Source: Carpediemonas membranifera BICM (taxonomy: Eukaryota; Protista; Fornicata). Taken from it: DNA of 64,000 nt. The notes under the pieces were generated by a model. It was given only the letters and a program-made list of their open reading frames with translations. It was not told the origin of the DNA and ran no database searches. Every line of letters begins with the position of its first letter. The stretch's first letter is position 1. Where the stretch lies: contig JAHDYR010000012.1 in the NCBI GenBank assembly GCA_019828565.1, forward strand, positions 1,421,780 to 1,485,779, written 5' to 3'. The position numbers and the translations under genes are program-made. Shown here piece by piece: positions 12,189 through 22,905 of this stretch.

Positions 12189-14275
12189 TTAGGACGTAGG
12201 GGGCTTCTTCGGGGTTCTGGTCCTTTGGGACGTAGTGGGGGGGGATCTACCCATGAATCTGACTGGCTTCTCTTCTGGGATCGGGTTTGGGGTGAGTCTG
12301 TCGGTCGTCTTGTCTCTGGCTATGCGGCGGAGCGTTGTGGCAGCCTCACGGACTCTCGCCACGCCCCAGTCTCTCGGGATGAATGCTGCTCTGAAGCCTT
12401 CGACTCTGCCTCTGTACGCCTTGATGTTCGCGATGATTTCATCGTACTCGGCACAGTCTTCTGCTAGCAGTTGGCAGCCGTATCCATCCTTATGAGCTGT
12501 CGTGGCTTTGTACCTTACCACCAGTGGTAGACGTCTGATAGCTTGATGATAGCTCGAGGGGGGGCTACTCCGAGGCCGTGCTCGGCTTGGAGCCATGCCA
12601 TCTCGTCAGGTTCGACGTGCTCGAGGAGGGACCACACCGGGTTCCTGTCGATGACGTTCCCTCTCTTGATAGCTGCGGGCGCAAGTAGCAGACCCTTCAT
12701 ACCCTTAAACAAATCTGAGAAGCCGAAGTCCATGCCAAATCTGCTGTATCTGTCCGGTACTACTAGGATCTTGTTACCCTCTTTGCCATCTCTCAGGCTC
12801 ACTCTGCCAGGTTGGCCTCTGAAGATCTCGAAGGTTTCTTGTCTGTTAGCGAAGTTGTTACCGCCGAAGAGGTCCGTTTCCAGATCTGCTTGAGCGACGG
12901 AGCTGATAGCTTTGGGCAGTATATCACCGAGGAAGCTCTCTCTGTCTTGCTGGCATCGGAAGGAGTGGGTCATGGCCAAGGTCTTGACTGTGACGATGGT
13001 AACATCGGCCAGCCCGCAGTGGTAGTGGCCGGCCGCATACCTGTGGTAGGGGCACACCGCCTTTGGCTCGCTCCTGCGTTGCCACCCACTGCTCCAGGAG
13101 TTGAGCCATCCCATCGTCCTCTCGTCCTGGATGCTGGCCTTGATAACGTCCGCTAGTCTGGGTTCTAAGTCTCTGATAGCGTCTGGGAGATCCTTCTCAT
13201 CGACTAGCCTGTCCGCGAAGTAGGTGGTTACCTCCCCTGATAGCCCGTTGACTTGGTTGGTGAGCAGAAACTTCTCCACGTGTACGCCCTTAGCGTATAG
13301 TACGATCTTGAACTCGCCTGCGTCCTCCATCCTCCTGAGTCTGATAGCAAGGTGTTCGGCCCAGTCTGTGAACTTTGAGAAGTGCGTTCTGAACTCTTCA
13401 GGGGGCATCCCAGTAGCGACATCGACGAAGGTAGCTGGCGGCAGGCCGGAGATGGCCCATGATGCGTACCTCGCCTGGTCAATCTGCTGTACCGGCATGT
13501 TCTGATAGAAGAGACCGTGCCCGTGCCCTGATCATCTCCCCTGTTAGCGGGTTGAAGACGATGACTCCGCCCTCCACTGGGTTTGCTGGGACGTTTTCAC
13601 TCTCACAGCCTGAGTGGCCGCACTCGAAGTCTATGGCCGCAAGTAAGAGGGTGGGTTTGGGCTCTGGCTCCTTGTCTGCTAGCTGCCGTGGGTGGGCCTT
13701 GGGGTCTGGGCTTCTGGTAAGCGGGTCTGGTAACGGCTTCTGGGTGGAGTAGGACTGCTTGGCGTCGCGGGGTCGAGGCTCTACAGGCTTCAGGTCCCCG
13801 TATAGCTCGTCAAAGCTCACCTTATCCTTCTGCTTGGGCTCGGGGGCGTCGGGTTCCTGTTCGCCCTCTTCTTCTTCCTCGTCGACGTCGGTGCTGTTGC
13901 TGCTAGCATTATCTTCCTGGGGATAGGTCTTCTCACTACTGTTCAACATGGCTTCGAGGATGAGTGATCTGATAGCTGCGAAGGCTGGTAGCTCGCCGAG
14001 AGGGGACTCCTCACCCGGCTTGCAGATGATGACTCTTCCTCCCAGTGGAATGCCGGTGGAGTTCCAGGCTGCCATCCACGCTGCCGGTGCTTCGGGAGCT
14101 TGCAGTCGGAGAACGTCTCTCGCTTCCTCCGAGAATCTACTGATAGCGAAGGCCTCGTGGTCCTTGAGATCCAGGATGACCTTGAAGCTGCCGTCCTGTT
14201 GTTCCAGGGCCACTTGGGTGATCGTGCCAGGGTTTTCGGGGTCCCAGACGTCTCTTCTGGTAGCAGTGGTGGCTC
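12189..14275 (-). pseudogene. probable LINE ORF1, frameshifted and 5'-truncated
   Basis: Consecutive minus-strand frames upstream of ORF2 with the same octamer signature; no recognisable domain. Confidence 0.5.
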
Positions 14276-14343
14276 GTTCTTCAAGAACCAACTCTTCAAG
14301 CGCATCGCAGATGAGATGGGGTTCAAGATCCATATTACCACGG

Positions 14344-16270
14344 TCTACTCTCTGCAAAAACTCGGCCTTTGTGCGAGCAAAGATGACAATATCATCTATG
14401 CAAACCAGGGCGGACGTGTAAAGGTCAGCGCCGAGGACCCCTTCGAGCACTCGTTGACAATGGATCGCGGCGTTGCGTAGGCCGAACGGCATGCGTTCAT
14501 AGGTGTACTTGGATCCGCCTGCGACGAAAGCAGTCATCTCTTTGGCTCGGTCAGTCAAGGGTACTTGCAGGAAGGCCTGGGACAGGTCGAGGGCAGCGTA
14601 GTAGTGACTACCCTCAAGCCGACCTATGAGGTCGTCTATTAGTGGTAAGGGATGCTCGTCTGGCTGGGTGAGCTCGTTCAGGGCTCTGAAGTCCAAGCAC
14701 AGGCGGAACGTCTTGTCGCGCTTCGTCACCACCACAATGGGGTTGTTAAACGCGCTGTCAGAGGGAATAATGATGCCGTCGGACTCCATCTGGAGCGTCT
14801 GGCGCTCGATTTCTTGTTGGACTCGCGTCGAGTAGCGGTAAGGCGGGGTGTTGACGACGCGATCCTCTGACAGTAGGATGTCGAAAGGTGGAACCTTGGC
14901 GGGTTCCGCGGTGATGGGTCCGAAAAGCTCGGGGAACCGGCGAACAATGGTGCGGATCTCCTCTGAAAGCTCGGGAATCTCGAAATCGGGGAAATCATCG
15001 GATTGTTCGGTCTCGAGTGCGTTGAGATCGAGCTCTACTTCCGAGTTAGTGTCATCGTCAAAATCGTCCTGATCTCCGACGTTGAAGGTAACGAATCCAG
15101 TCTCGGACAGGAATGGCATGCCGAGAATCATCGGTCGCTGTAAATTCCTCAGCACAACGAAAGTCGCGGTGGCCGTCACCGTGCTCCGTAATTTGTTCTG
15201 CGCTGAGATTGATAGGTGCACCCGCTCATAGGATCTTAGCTCTTGGCCATGGGCCAGGGTGACCCTGACATTACAGGGTTCAGTAGGCGGGGGCGGCGTC
15301 AGGCTCTGGAGCCACTGACGAGATACGAAGTTGGCAGTCGCGCCGGTGTCCATTAGGGCGCAAGTCTTCTGATACACGTGATGCTCCCAGGCGGGGTGAA
15401 CGGTCAATTCGGCGGCCGCCACCTGACTCTCTCGCACTGGGGCTACGACTGCTGTAAGGAATTCAGAATAGGAACGGCTTTTACTGCCGCCCTTTTTCAG
15501 CTCTCGCTCTCTCTTGAAACACTTGTCCTGGGTGTGACCCGACTTACCGCAGTAAGTGCACTTGGTCTTCTTGTGGTCGGAAGTGCTACGGGCCTCGGTA
15601 CGAGGATTGAGATGGGGACCCTCGCGACTCACCTGCTCTAGGTGACGGGACTGCTCGATGGCGGCGGCGAACGTGACCATCAGGTCGTGTGGCTGAGCGA
15701 ACGTCATGACGCGGTCCCGGAGGCGCTCCGGCTGGAGATTAGCCACGAAGGTCTTCACGAGCTGCTTAACCTTCGGGCGCACTGATGCACAGTTCTCCAG
15801 TTGCTGTTGGTAAGCGAAGACGTATCGGAGGACTTTATCGTGGATGGAACCTTTCTGGGAGCAGTGGATGCGCTCAAAGCGGTCCATGGCCTCGCGGCGG
15901 TCCATCGGCTGATAGATGGCATTGATGCGGCTGATGATCCGGCAGGTCTCGTGGTCTCCTTGCAGGCAGGGAAGTGGGGCCTCCTCAGGAGCCTCGTCAT
16001 CGGAGGAGTTGTCAGACGAAGAAGAAGAAGTATCGTCCTCCTCGTCGTCTTCCTCGACAACAGCAAGGTCGAGGGCACCTTGGGCATCAACGGGGCGCGG
16101 AACGAGAAGAAGTCCGGGATCTCTGAGGCACATCAACTCCCACGTCGTACGGGAGATTAAATTGCGCACGGGAATGGTTCCACCGCGGGAACGGTAGGCG
16201 TAATAAGCCTCGCGGAAGGACTGCCACTGAGAGGCGGTCATTCCATCAAGGTAAGGATTTAACGGCTGAC
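14344..16270 (-). pseudogene. Ty3/gypsy element D gag-protease-RT fragment
   Basis: CTYCGKSGHTQDKC, LMDTGA, CLDFRALN, VCIDD; abrupt junctions at both ends. Confidence 0.88.
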
Positions 16271-16276
16271 AGATCA

Positions 16277-16564
16277 GTGTCACATTGCTGTTACTACTGC
16301 AACAATTGGTTCTGCCGAGAGCACACAGCCCAGACGGCCTTTGATACCGGAATTGACATGCTACGTCGCCCATCTCAGCGTGTTGCTGTATGTGTCACAT
16401 GCTTCAATCGAATTCAGCTTGGTCAAAGACTGTTTAACGACAAGTTCGTGAGCACAGCTGCTTTGATATCTTGTCCCAATCCTGAAGCGTCCGAGCACAC
16501 TGAGAATGATGAAGAAGGCACTGGTATCGACACAGAGTCATCTGACAGTGATAAATATGATTAG
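16277..16564 (+). pseudogene. C-terminal fragment of a PHD-like Zn finger cassette protein
   Basis: CYYCNNWFCREH...VAVCVTC matches CRACLNWFCEEKH...VRFCDQC of 21662-22882. Confidence 0.6.
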
Positions 16565-16589
16565 AGGCGCGCTCAAACCAACATTTAGA

Positions 16590-16648
16590 GAAGAGCCCGA
16601 GAGAGAGAAGCCGGGAGAAGAGCCGGGGGAGAGCCCGGGGGAGAGCAG
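16590..16648 (+). repeat. short GAGAGCCCGGGG-type repeat
   Basis: Same unit family as the 56160-57222 minisatellite. Confidence 0.6.
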
Positions 16649-17231
16649 CAACTCCCATAATTCTTTGGGATACTGTTCTTTTGGTGTTGATGTTGTTATT
16701 GATGTTGATTTCTCCGCTTTTCGCTGCTTTGCGTTGTAATTGCAATGTTTTCTAGTACATTCCGCGCATCAGATCATTGCTACAACCTGAACTCGCCATT
16801 TTGGCGTTGCAATGAAACGATCCCCTAAAGTGCACACTAAATGAAATCAGAACAATTCGGGGCAAGTGGCGGCATTCATGCAGCTGAATATCTGCTTAGC
16901 TTGCCTTACTAGTCACCCTGATATGGCTGATGTGACGGGGATGCACTGATGAGTCTGCACATTGACATAAATTCATTTTTGATCGATGAGCCAACTACTC
17001 AGAGGACACAGCCTGCAACAACCCTCAAAACCCTCTAATCTATCAGCTATTCGTATTTAAAAGTGAGGGACTCGACCTGAATGGTCTCCTTTGTGTTGCA
17101 GTTGCAACGCCACAAGATGAAGTAGTGGAACTCTTCTTCATTGACCCCCCCCCCTCAATGAGGGCCTTGTACCACACCATAAACTCACAGGGATAGCACA
17201 CCATGACTGACAAAACCCATCTATCGCCGAT

Positions 17232-17627
17232 TCAAACATCGAAATCGAAGTTTTCAGTCGCGAACTCCTCTCTCGTTCTCGCTTTGCAACTGAGAGCGAT
17301 CTTACACCAACGCAGATACGTCAGGTGCTGACTCATGATGCTCGATGCTTCATCCACAGTTGTGGAAGGGAGATCTCTCGTCATCTTTGCCGGAACAGAG
17401 CAGTGGACAACACCTGTGCCGTAGTTCTCGGCAAGAGACTTAGTTCTCTCCGTGTAGATGGTCTCAGCACCCTTGGTTGTAAGCCAAAAGGTTACAAACG
17501 CCTCAACACACGAAGCCTCCAACTTTGAAATGCTTGCGCTGGGGTTCTCGATGTTTCCACGTCTTATCATTGTGTACAATGAAGAAAGGTGCCTAAAAGC
17601 AACCCATTGTTGGTTTTCGCTGGACAT
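17232..17627 (-). CDS. hypothetical protein, divergent from the SET gene
   Basis: 131-aa ATG ORF; no motif recognised. Confidence 0.4.
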   Translation of the reverse strand: MSSENQQWVAFRHLSSLYTMIRRGNIENPSASISKLEASCVEAFVTFWLTTKGAETIYTERTKSLAENYGTGVVHCSVPAKMTRDLPSTTVDEASSIMSQHLTYLRWCKIALSCKARTREEFATENFDFDV

Positions 17628-17668
17628 TCTCGGAAGTGCATGTTAAGGTTGAAACGTTAAGGGTCGAA

Positions 17669-18313
17669 ATGAAGACAATCGCAATCCCTGCGATCAATGA
17701 TGGTGACAAAAACACCCCCAAAAGCTTATCTCTTGCCGACTACGAGACGTTTATGGACCTATCGAAGCTATCTGATGAGCAGAAGAAGAAGTTCCTTTCC
17801 CTGAAGACTAAAACGCCTGATTCCACCTATTCAGGTGAGGAATTCGACACTGCAGGCACTCACAAGGACAGGAAGCTTCACATCACACAGCAGGATAGCC
17901 TGATGGGACTGAGCGTTGGTCAAGGCATGTTCAGCAGCCAGGCCGTCCAAGTCGGCGAAGTTATCGGCATTTACTGCGGTCATGTCATCACTACGTCTGA
18001 TTCTCATGGTGACTTTGACTTCCTCATCGACAAGACGGACTTTTGCGTGAGTGCTGACCCGAACACCATTGGAGTCCACCGAATCAACGACAATCCGGTG
18101 CTGACGAATGTGCAGTGCAACATCAGCTATGTTCGCGTGTTGGTCGAATCAGATGAGCCCACGCTCCTTCCTCTTCTCTTCTTCGTGTGTGTTCGCACGA
18201 TACGCCCGTACGAGTTCCTATCGGTTCAGTATGCCGATAGCTACTGGGCCAGGGGTGAATCAGAGCGTCTTCCACTCTTTGTTGTTATTCAAGACGCTTG
18301 TCGAGAATGCTAG
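17669..18313 (+). CDS. SET-domain protein (third paralog), 3' end at a junction
   Basis: GQGMF...GEVIGIYCG, GVHRIND, IRPYEFLSVQYADSYW. Confidence 0.8.
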   Translation: MKTIAIPAINDGDKNTPKSLSLADYETFMDLSKLSDEQKKKFLSLKTKTPDSTYSGEEFDTAGTHKDRKLHITQQDSLMGLSVGQGMFSSQAVQVGEVIGIYCGHVITTSDSHGDFDFLIDKTDFCVSADPNTIGVHRINDNPVLTNVQCNISYVRVLVESDEPTLLPLLFFVCVRTIRPYEFLSVQYADSYWARGESERLPLFVVIQDACREC

Positions 18314-18730
18314 GCTCACGAACATTGCTGACGCCCGGTTCCATGCCCGGCATCCAACTGGAGTCCATAGTGGATAGCCACATGCTTAACGCCCACGCTT
18401 CGAGAGTCCGCCCCTTCAGAGGCACTCACGACAAAGACACCATCCAGAAGATAGCCGCGCTGGACCTCTCCGAGTACATCGTCGAGAAGGTCGTCAAGCA
18501 CAAGGTCGAGGACGACATCTTACTCTTCCGCCTCCGCTGGCTCGGCTACGATACCGACTCCGACACCTGGCAGCCATACGACGAAGACGTCATCGGCAAC
18601 GAACGAGTCGAGGAGTACATAGACGCCCACGATCTTCGCCCTCAAGTTGGGGGAGGATGTGGCGTCCGTGTGACCGCCACCGAATCTCGGATATAATCTT
18701 TAGATTCGACCGCAGTTTATGTAAACACAC
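18314..18730 (+). pseudogene. gypsy integrase C-terminus/chromodomain with PPT and start of an LTR
   Basis: HASRVRPF, YIVEKVVKH...RLRWLGYDTDSDTWQP, then GGGGGAGGA followed by TGTGG. Confidence 0.8.
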
Positions 18731-19568
18731 GGCAACCTGGACCAGCCTGTTGATCGGTACGCCTGACCTCAGCATAGTATCGGCGAGAAGCGCATGGGCT
18801 GGACTAAGAATCGCAGCTGGCCTAGACATTGGCCATACCTTCCCAGACGGCAAGTGCCCCCTCTGTGACAGAACTGTCGGCGAGACGCAACAAAACCTGT
18901 TGGACCACCTCAGATCATGCAACAAAGGCCCGGGGAACAGGAAGACGTTCGTGCACAACAAGGTCCTCGACTCCACAACGGCCCTGCTCCGCCCAGGACT
19001 GATCATACCGTCCGACAAGGAGGTACGGCTCCCGGATTCCCTCCTCACACAATCAGGGAAAGAGCTAGTTGAACGACGACGAGCATTCGAGGAAAGTGTC
19101 CAAACCGGCCGCACGGGAACAATGGCCCTGCAGAGAACAACAAACGACAACACCGAACCTGCAGTGCACTTTAACGCCCCGGCGCCCAAGAAGCTCACCC
19201 GGAGAACAGCGGACCTATTCGTCCTGGACCCGAAAGGCGGATACCCACTGGTGATCGATGTCACGGTCGGTAACACCATGCCGGTGGACAGGGAAGTCAA
19301 GTTCAAGGAGGAACAGTACAAGCACTATCGCGTCAAACCAACTGTGATCAATCCGCGGCCGGATGGCTCCAACATCCCAATGTGCGCGTCCAAAGCTGCC
19401 GCATTCCTAGTTTCTGCTGGAGCGAGAACCAAGATCCCACCCAGAACCGTCGCTCTTACCATCGCCGACGCCCTCATGTCCGCTACCCTTCTGGTGTACG
19501 ACAGGTGGGCCGTCAGACTGAACCTGTTCAGTCCTCTGGAGTTCATCCCAGGGGGGTCGACAGCCTAA
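18730..19568 (+). pseudogene. 5'-truncated non-LTR retrotransposon, CCHC + restriction-like endonuclease (RLE) domain
   Basis: CPLC...HLRSC, VHNKV, RTADLF...LVIDVTV; no RT present. Confidence 0.75.
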
Positions 19569-19836
19569 GTCACCTTTACATGAATCCTCCACATAAACCC
19601 TGTAAACCTGAACATCCAAATCTTTCATCATACCCCATGGGAACACCACAAATAACGTTATTTAGTGACCAACACGCCCAGATACCTGCCTTAAGCATCC
19701 CTGACGAAGCTAGGAGCTCCCCGACAGATGAGGTTGAAAGAAGGACGGCGACGTGAAGTACATACCAAGAGAAACACGAAGATCATCACAATGAGCAGTT
19801 TTAGGCGCTCATTTGATCTAATCAATATTTAAACGG

Positions 19837-19997
19837 TGTTCTCGCGAACGGAGACAACAAAGGCAAAGCTGGCGAAGAGTGATTTAAAATTCGACACAAG
19901 GGTGTCGAATTTGACCGGGCGAGACCAAATCACAGGAGCGAATCAACCCCGGGGAATTACATATTACATATGTAACACGTAAACACCCCGGGCAACA
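19837..19997 (-). repeat. probable 3' LTR of the integrase fragment at 20030-21139
   Basis: TGTT...AACA ends, close to the pol stop, contains the CGACAC-n-GTGTCG hairpin seen in LTRs A and B; no partner LTR in the window. Confidence 0.5.
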
Positions 19998-20029
19998 GCT
20001 CGATACCCCTCGCTTATAACACTACTCGC

Positions 20030-21139
20030 TTAGAGCTGGAGACCGGGATGGTCCGCCAGGTAGGCGTCGAGCGCGGCGAGGTCGCGGACCTCGGCATACG
20101 GGAGCCATTCATCAAAGTCGGCGGAATACCCTGCCCAGCGGACGAGGAACCGGTGTTGGCGGCGGCGGCGGCCGAGACGGTGGTCGACAATGGCCTCAAC
20201 GGTGTACTCCTGGGGGTCGCGTGCGGCGATGTCGCGGAGGTCGGCGTTGGAGTATTGGCCGTTAAAGGGGAAGACCCTGGACAGATGGAATGTCTCCAGC
20301 TTGTCCGTGCGGAGGTTGAGGAGGGAGACGAAGGTTTGGTCGGCGTGGACTTCTTGGACCGTGTAAGGGCCCATGTAGAGCGACGAGAGTTTGGAAGGAC
20401 GCAGGTGATCCGGGCGGGTCACAACAACTGCGTCACCGGCGTTAGGCAGGTAAGTGGGATCGACATCGTCATGTGCCTGTGCCCTGGCGTCGGGCATAGC
20501 CTGGATAAGGCGTCGCTGGTCTTCCAGGAGCTCCTTCATGTAGGTATGGAGCTCCCCCACCCCCTCTTGGGGAGGAGAGAGTAGGACACGGTTGGTATCG
20601 GCGCGGCTGCCGAACATGATTTCAGCCGGGACGAACCCGTCCGCGCCATGATGCGAGCTGTTGAGAATGTGCTGGACCAGTGGCAGCGCTCTGTACCAAA
20701 GGCGACGGTCTCGGAGTTCGGCGACGGCGGCACGGAGGTGGCGGTTAACTTCTCCGTTGGCTCGCTCGATAATGCCGTTAAACTGGTGGTGGTACGGCAG
20801 GACGAAGTCGTTGTCCACGTGCAGGGCCTCAGTGAGTTGCTTGGTGAGCTTGGCCGTGAAGTGTGATCCCTGGTCAGAGCGGAGGTGGACTGGGCAACCG
20901 TACCGTCCGGCCAGGGCGATGATGCTGTCTGCGGCAGACTCGGCGGTGCAGTTTGGTGTGGCGTATAGCTCGACGAAGCGGCTGAAGCAATCGATCATGA
21001 CGAGCACGTACCGAGCACCGTGGTCTCCCTCGGGCAAGGGCCCGAGGAAATCGATGGCCCAGGTATGCATCGGGTGAGGCGCGATGGTGACCTGCGGCTT
21101 AAAGGCGTATCCTCTCTTATGAGTGTCGCGAGTGGTCTG
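20030..21139 (-). pseudogene. gypsy integrase + chromodomain, cut at the Zn-finger end
   Basis: WAIDFLGP, RSDQGSHF, NGIIERAN, YMGPY, FLVRWAGYSADFDEW. Confidence 0.92.
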
Positions 21140-21411
21140 CATACTGTTAGAATGGCCAGTTAATCCGGGGATATACGGAGGATAAACACCCTTTTGCACA
21201 AGAAACTGCAAGAAAAAATGAGATTCACCCGTATCTTTTTCACTATTTCACACGTTTCACCAACGTTGGTGAAACGTAGAGAAACGTGCGGAAGGTACGG
21301 GTAAGTCTCATTTTTGCTTGCATACGACGTGCTAGGGGCATTCTTGTGATTCGTAGGTTGGTGCTGATGTTGCATAACCATTCATTGCTTATTCAAAGTG
21401 ATAATAACGTG

Positions 21412-21627
21412 TTAGTGGTCTTTAAGTTGCTGTATTACATCTATAAACATATCTCCTATCTCTTCCAGAACGTGTTGTGTGTCATTCAGCCTCTCATTCA
21501 CCAAACCCTCGCAATTCAGCCCAGTGATGTGATTTCGTATTTCTCGAACAGAATCTTGTATCTTGCCGACTTCATGGAGGCAACTGGTCATATGATTAAG
21601 CCTTTCGTTCGTGGATAACCGGAACAT
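21412..21627 (-). CDS. small helical hypothetical protein (cassette 1)
   Basis: About 71 aa; positional and sequence counterpart (EVxKI) at 35694-35909. Confidence 0.5.
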   Translation of the reverse strand: MFRLSTNERLNHMTSCLHEVGKIQDSVREIRNHITGLNCEGLVNERLNDTQHVLEEIGDMFIDVIQQLKDH

Positions 21628-21661
21628 TGTCGTCAACACCTGCGCAGTTTAAGATGAGAAT

Positions 21662-22882
21662 ATGACGACCAGTGAAACTGCGAAGAAAGCTGAGATTTCG
21701 CAGGGCACGTCTTGCGGATCGGATAAGAGAACAGAGTACCGCCGGCTGTTCGTGACTAGCTTCCTGGAATGCTTTTTCGACGTCGCGGACATCCCAACTA
21801 TCGGTCTGACGACCTCTGACGTTCATCGCGCTCTCCTTGGCATGCAGGATGTGATATCGGGCCTCTGCAACGGCTTTCGCAAGATTGCTATTGCAAACTC
21901 CGTCAGGCGCACGACTACTGAGCCCATTCAGGCATTTGTGGCAAGTAGAAAGGGTGGCACAGAGCTCATTGGCACAAAGATACCCTACCTGGTTGTCAGA
22001 GACAGAGCAAATGCAGCTGAACACTTGCAGGAGTTTAGAAACAGGATGTCTGTGCTGTTTCGGGGACTTGGACTCCACGATGTCTCCAGTCTGATCACTT
22101 GCACCGGCATTCAATGGCCTCCAGCCGTTGTAATCAGGATCAAGCATCGCAAGCTCCAGCCTGAGCCACGTACCCCAGCAGAAACACCCGCAGAGACACC
22201 CACAAAGACTCCAGTGAGAACATTGGTACCAAAGCTCAGAAAAAGAGCTGACTTGGCTACCATCAAGCCTGATTCCCCCGTCAAGAAGCTTAATTTTGAT
22301 GCGCAGATGCATGAGCCTGCTCAGAAGCGATCGAGGCTCGAAGAGGCTGACTTGAAGGAGGTTGCCGCGATGGTGACGGCTTCACTCTCCACAACTGTCA
22401 CTGATCTCCTCAAGCAGTCACCCAAGGCCGTTGAAATGAACGATAAGGTCCCCGCCCTCAAGCAAGCGACGTTTCTGAAGCTATATCAGCGTAAGTTACT
22501 GTTCGCATGCGCTGTTTGTGCCTCACCTGAATGGTACTTCAACCCAAACATGAAAAGAAACGAGTATGAAACGTGCTATCTCTGCCATCAGTTCATGCAT
22601 CTTCAGTGTGTCAGAGAGAAGAGGATTGATGGTGAGAACAGAAAGGTTTGCGCAGCTTGCAGTCTGGCAGGAAGGTCTAACAGATGTCACGCGTGTATCA
22701 AGGACGGAGACAAGTCGACAAAGGACACTGGCGTCTGCCGGGCGTGCCTAAACTGGTTCTGCGAAGAGAAACACTTCAGCTATGCTGAGTTCCATCTCGA
22801 CGGCCAGGACTATCGTGTCAGGTTCTGCGACCAGTGTATGACTGTCTACCAGAAGGTGGCGGATATGAAGCCAATTGAGTAA
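21662..22882 (+). CDS. PHD-like multi-Zn-finger protein (cassette 1)
   Basis: CAVC...CYLCHQFMHLQC...CAAC (C4HC3) followed by a second Cys cluster; paralog 35946-37151. Confidence 0.8.
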   Translation: MTTSETAKKAEISQGTSCGSDKRTEYRRLFVTSFLECFFDVADIPTIGLTTSDVHRALLGMQDVISGLCNGFRKIAIANSVRRTTTEPIQAFVASRKGGTELIGTKIPYLVVRDRANAAEHLQEFRNRMSVLFRGLGLHDVSSLITCTGIQWPPAVVIRIKHRKLQPEPRTPAETPAETPTKTPVRTLVPKLRKRADLATIKPDSPVKKLNFDAQMHEPAQKRSRLEEADLKEVAAMVTASLSTTVTDLLKQSPKAVEMNDKVPALKQATFLKLYQRKLLFACAVCASPEWYFNPNMKRNEYETCYLCHQFMHLQCVREKRIDGENRKVCAACSLAGRSNRCHACIKDGDKSTKDTGVCRACLNWFCEEKHFSYAEFHLDGQDYRVRFCDQCMTVYQKVADMKPIE

Positions 22883-22905
22883 GTTAAATAGGGAGATTTT
22901 GAACT

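Larger units (their letters stand above)
9790..14275 (-). mobile_element. APE-type non-LTR retrotransposon (LINE), truncated at both ends
   Basis: ORF2 with AP endonuclease and RT; upstream ORF1-like frames; recurrent CTGATAGC octamer across the whole interval. Confidence 0.85.

Noticed and set aside
13479-16373. 964-aa ORF as one gag-pol with a novel C-terminus
   Set aside because: Chance in-frame fusion of gypsy D, a 64-bp piece of element B and LINE sequence
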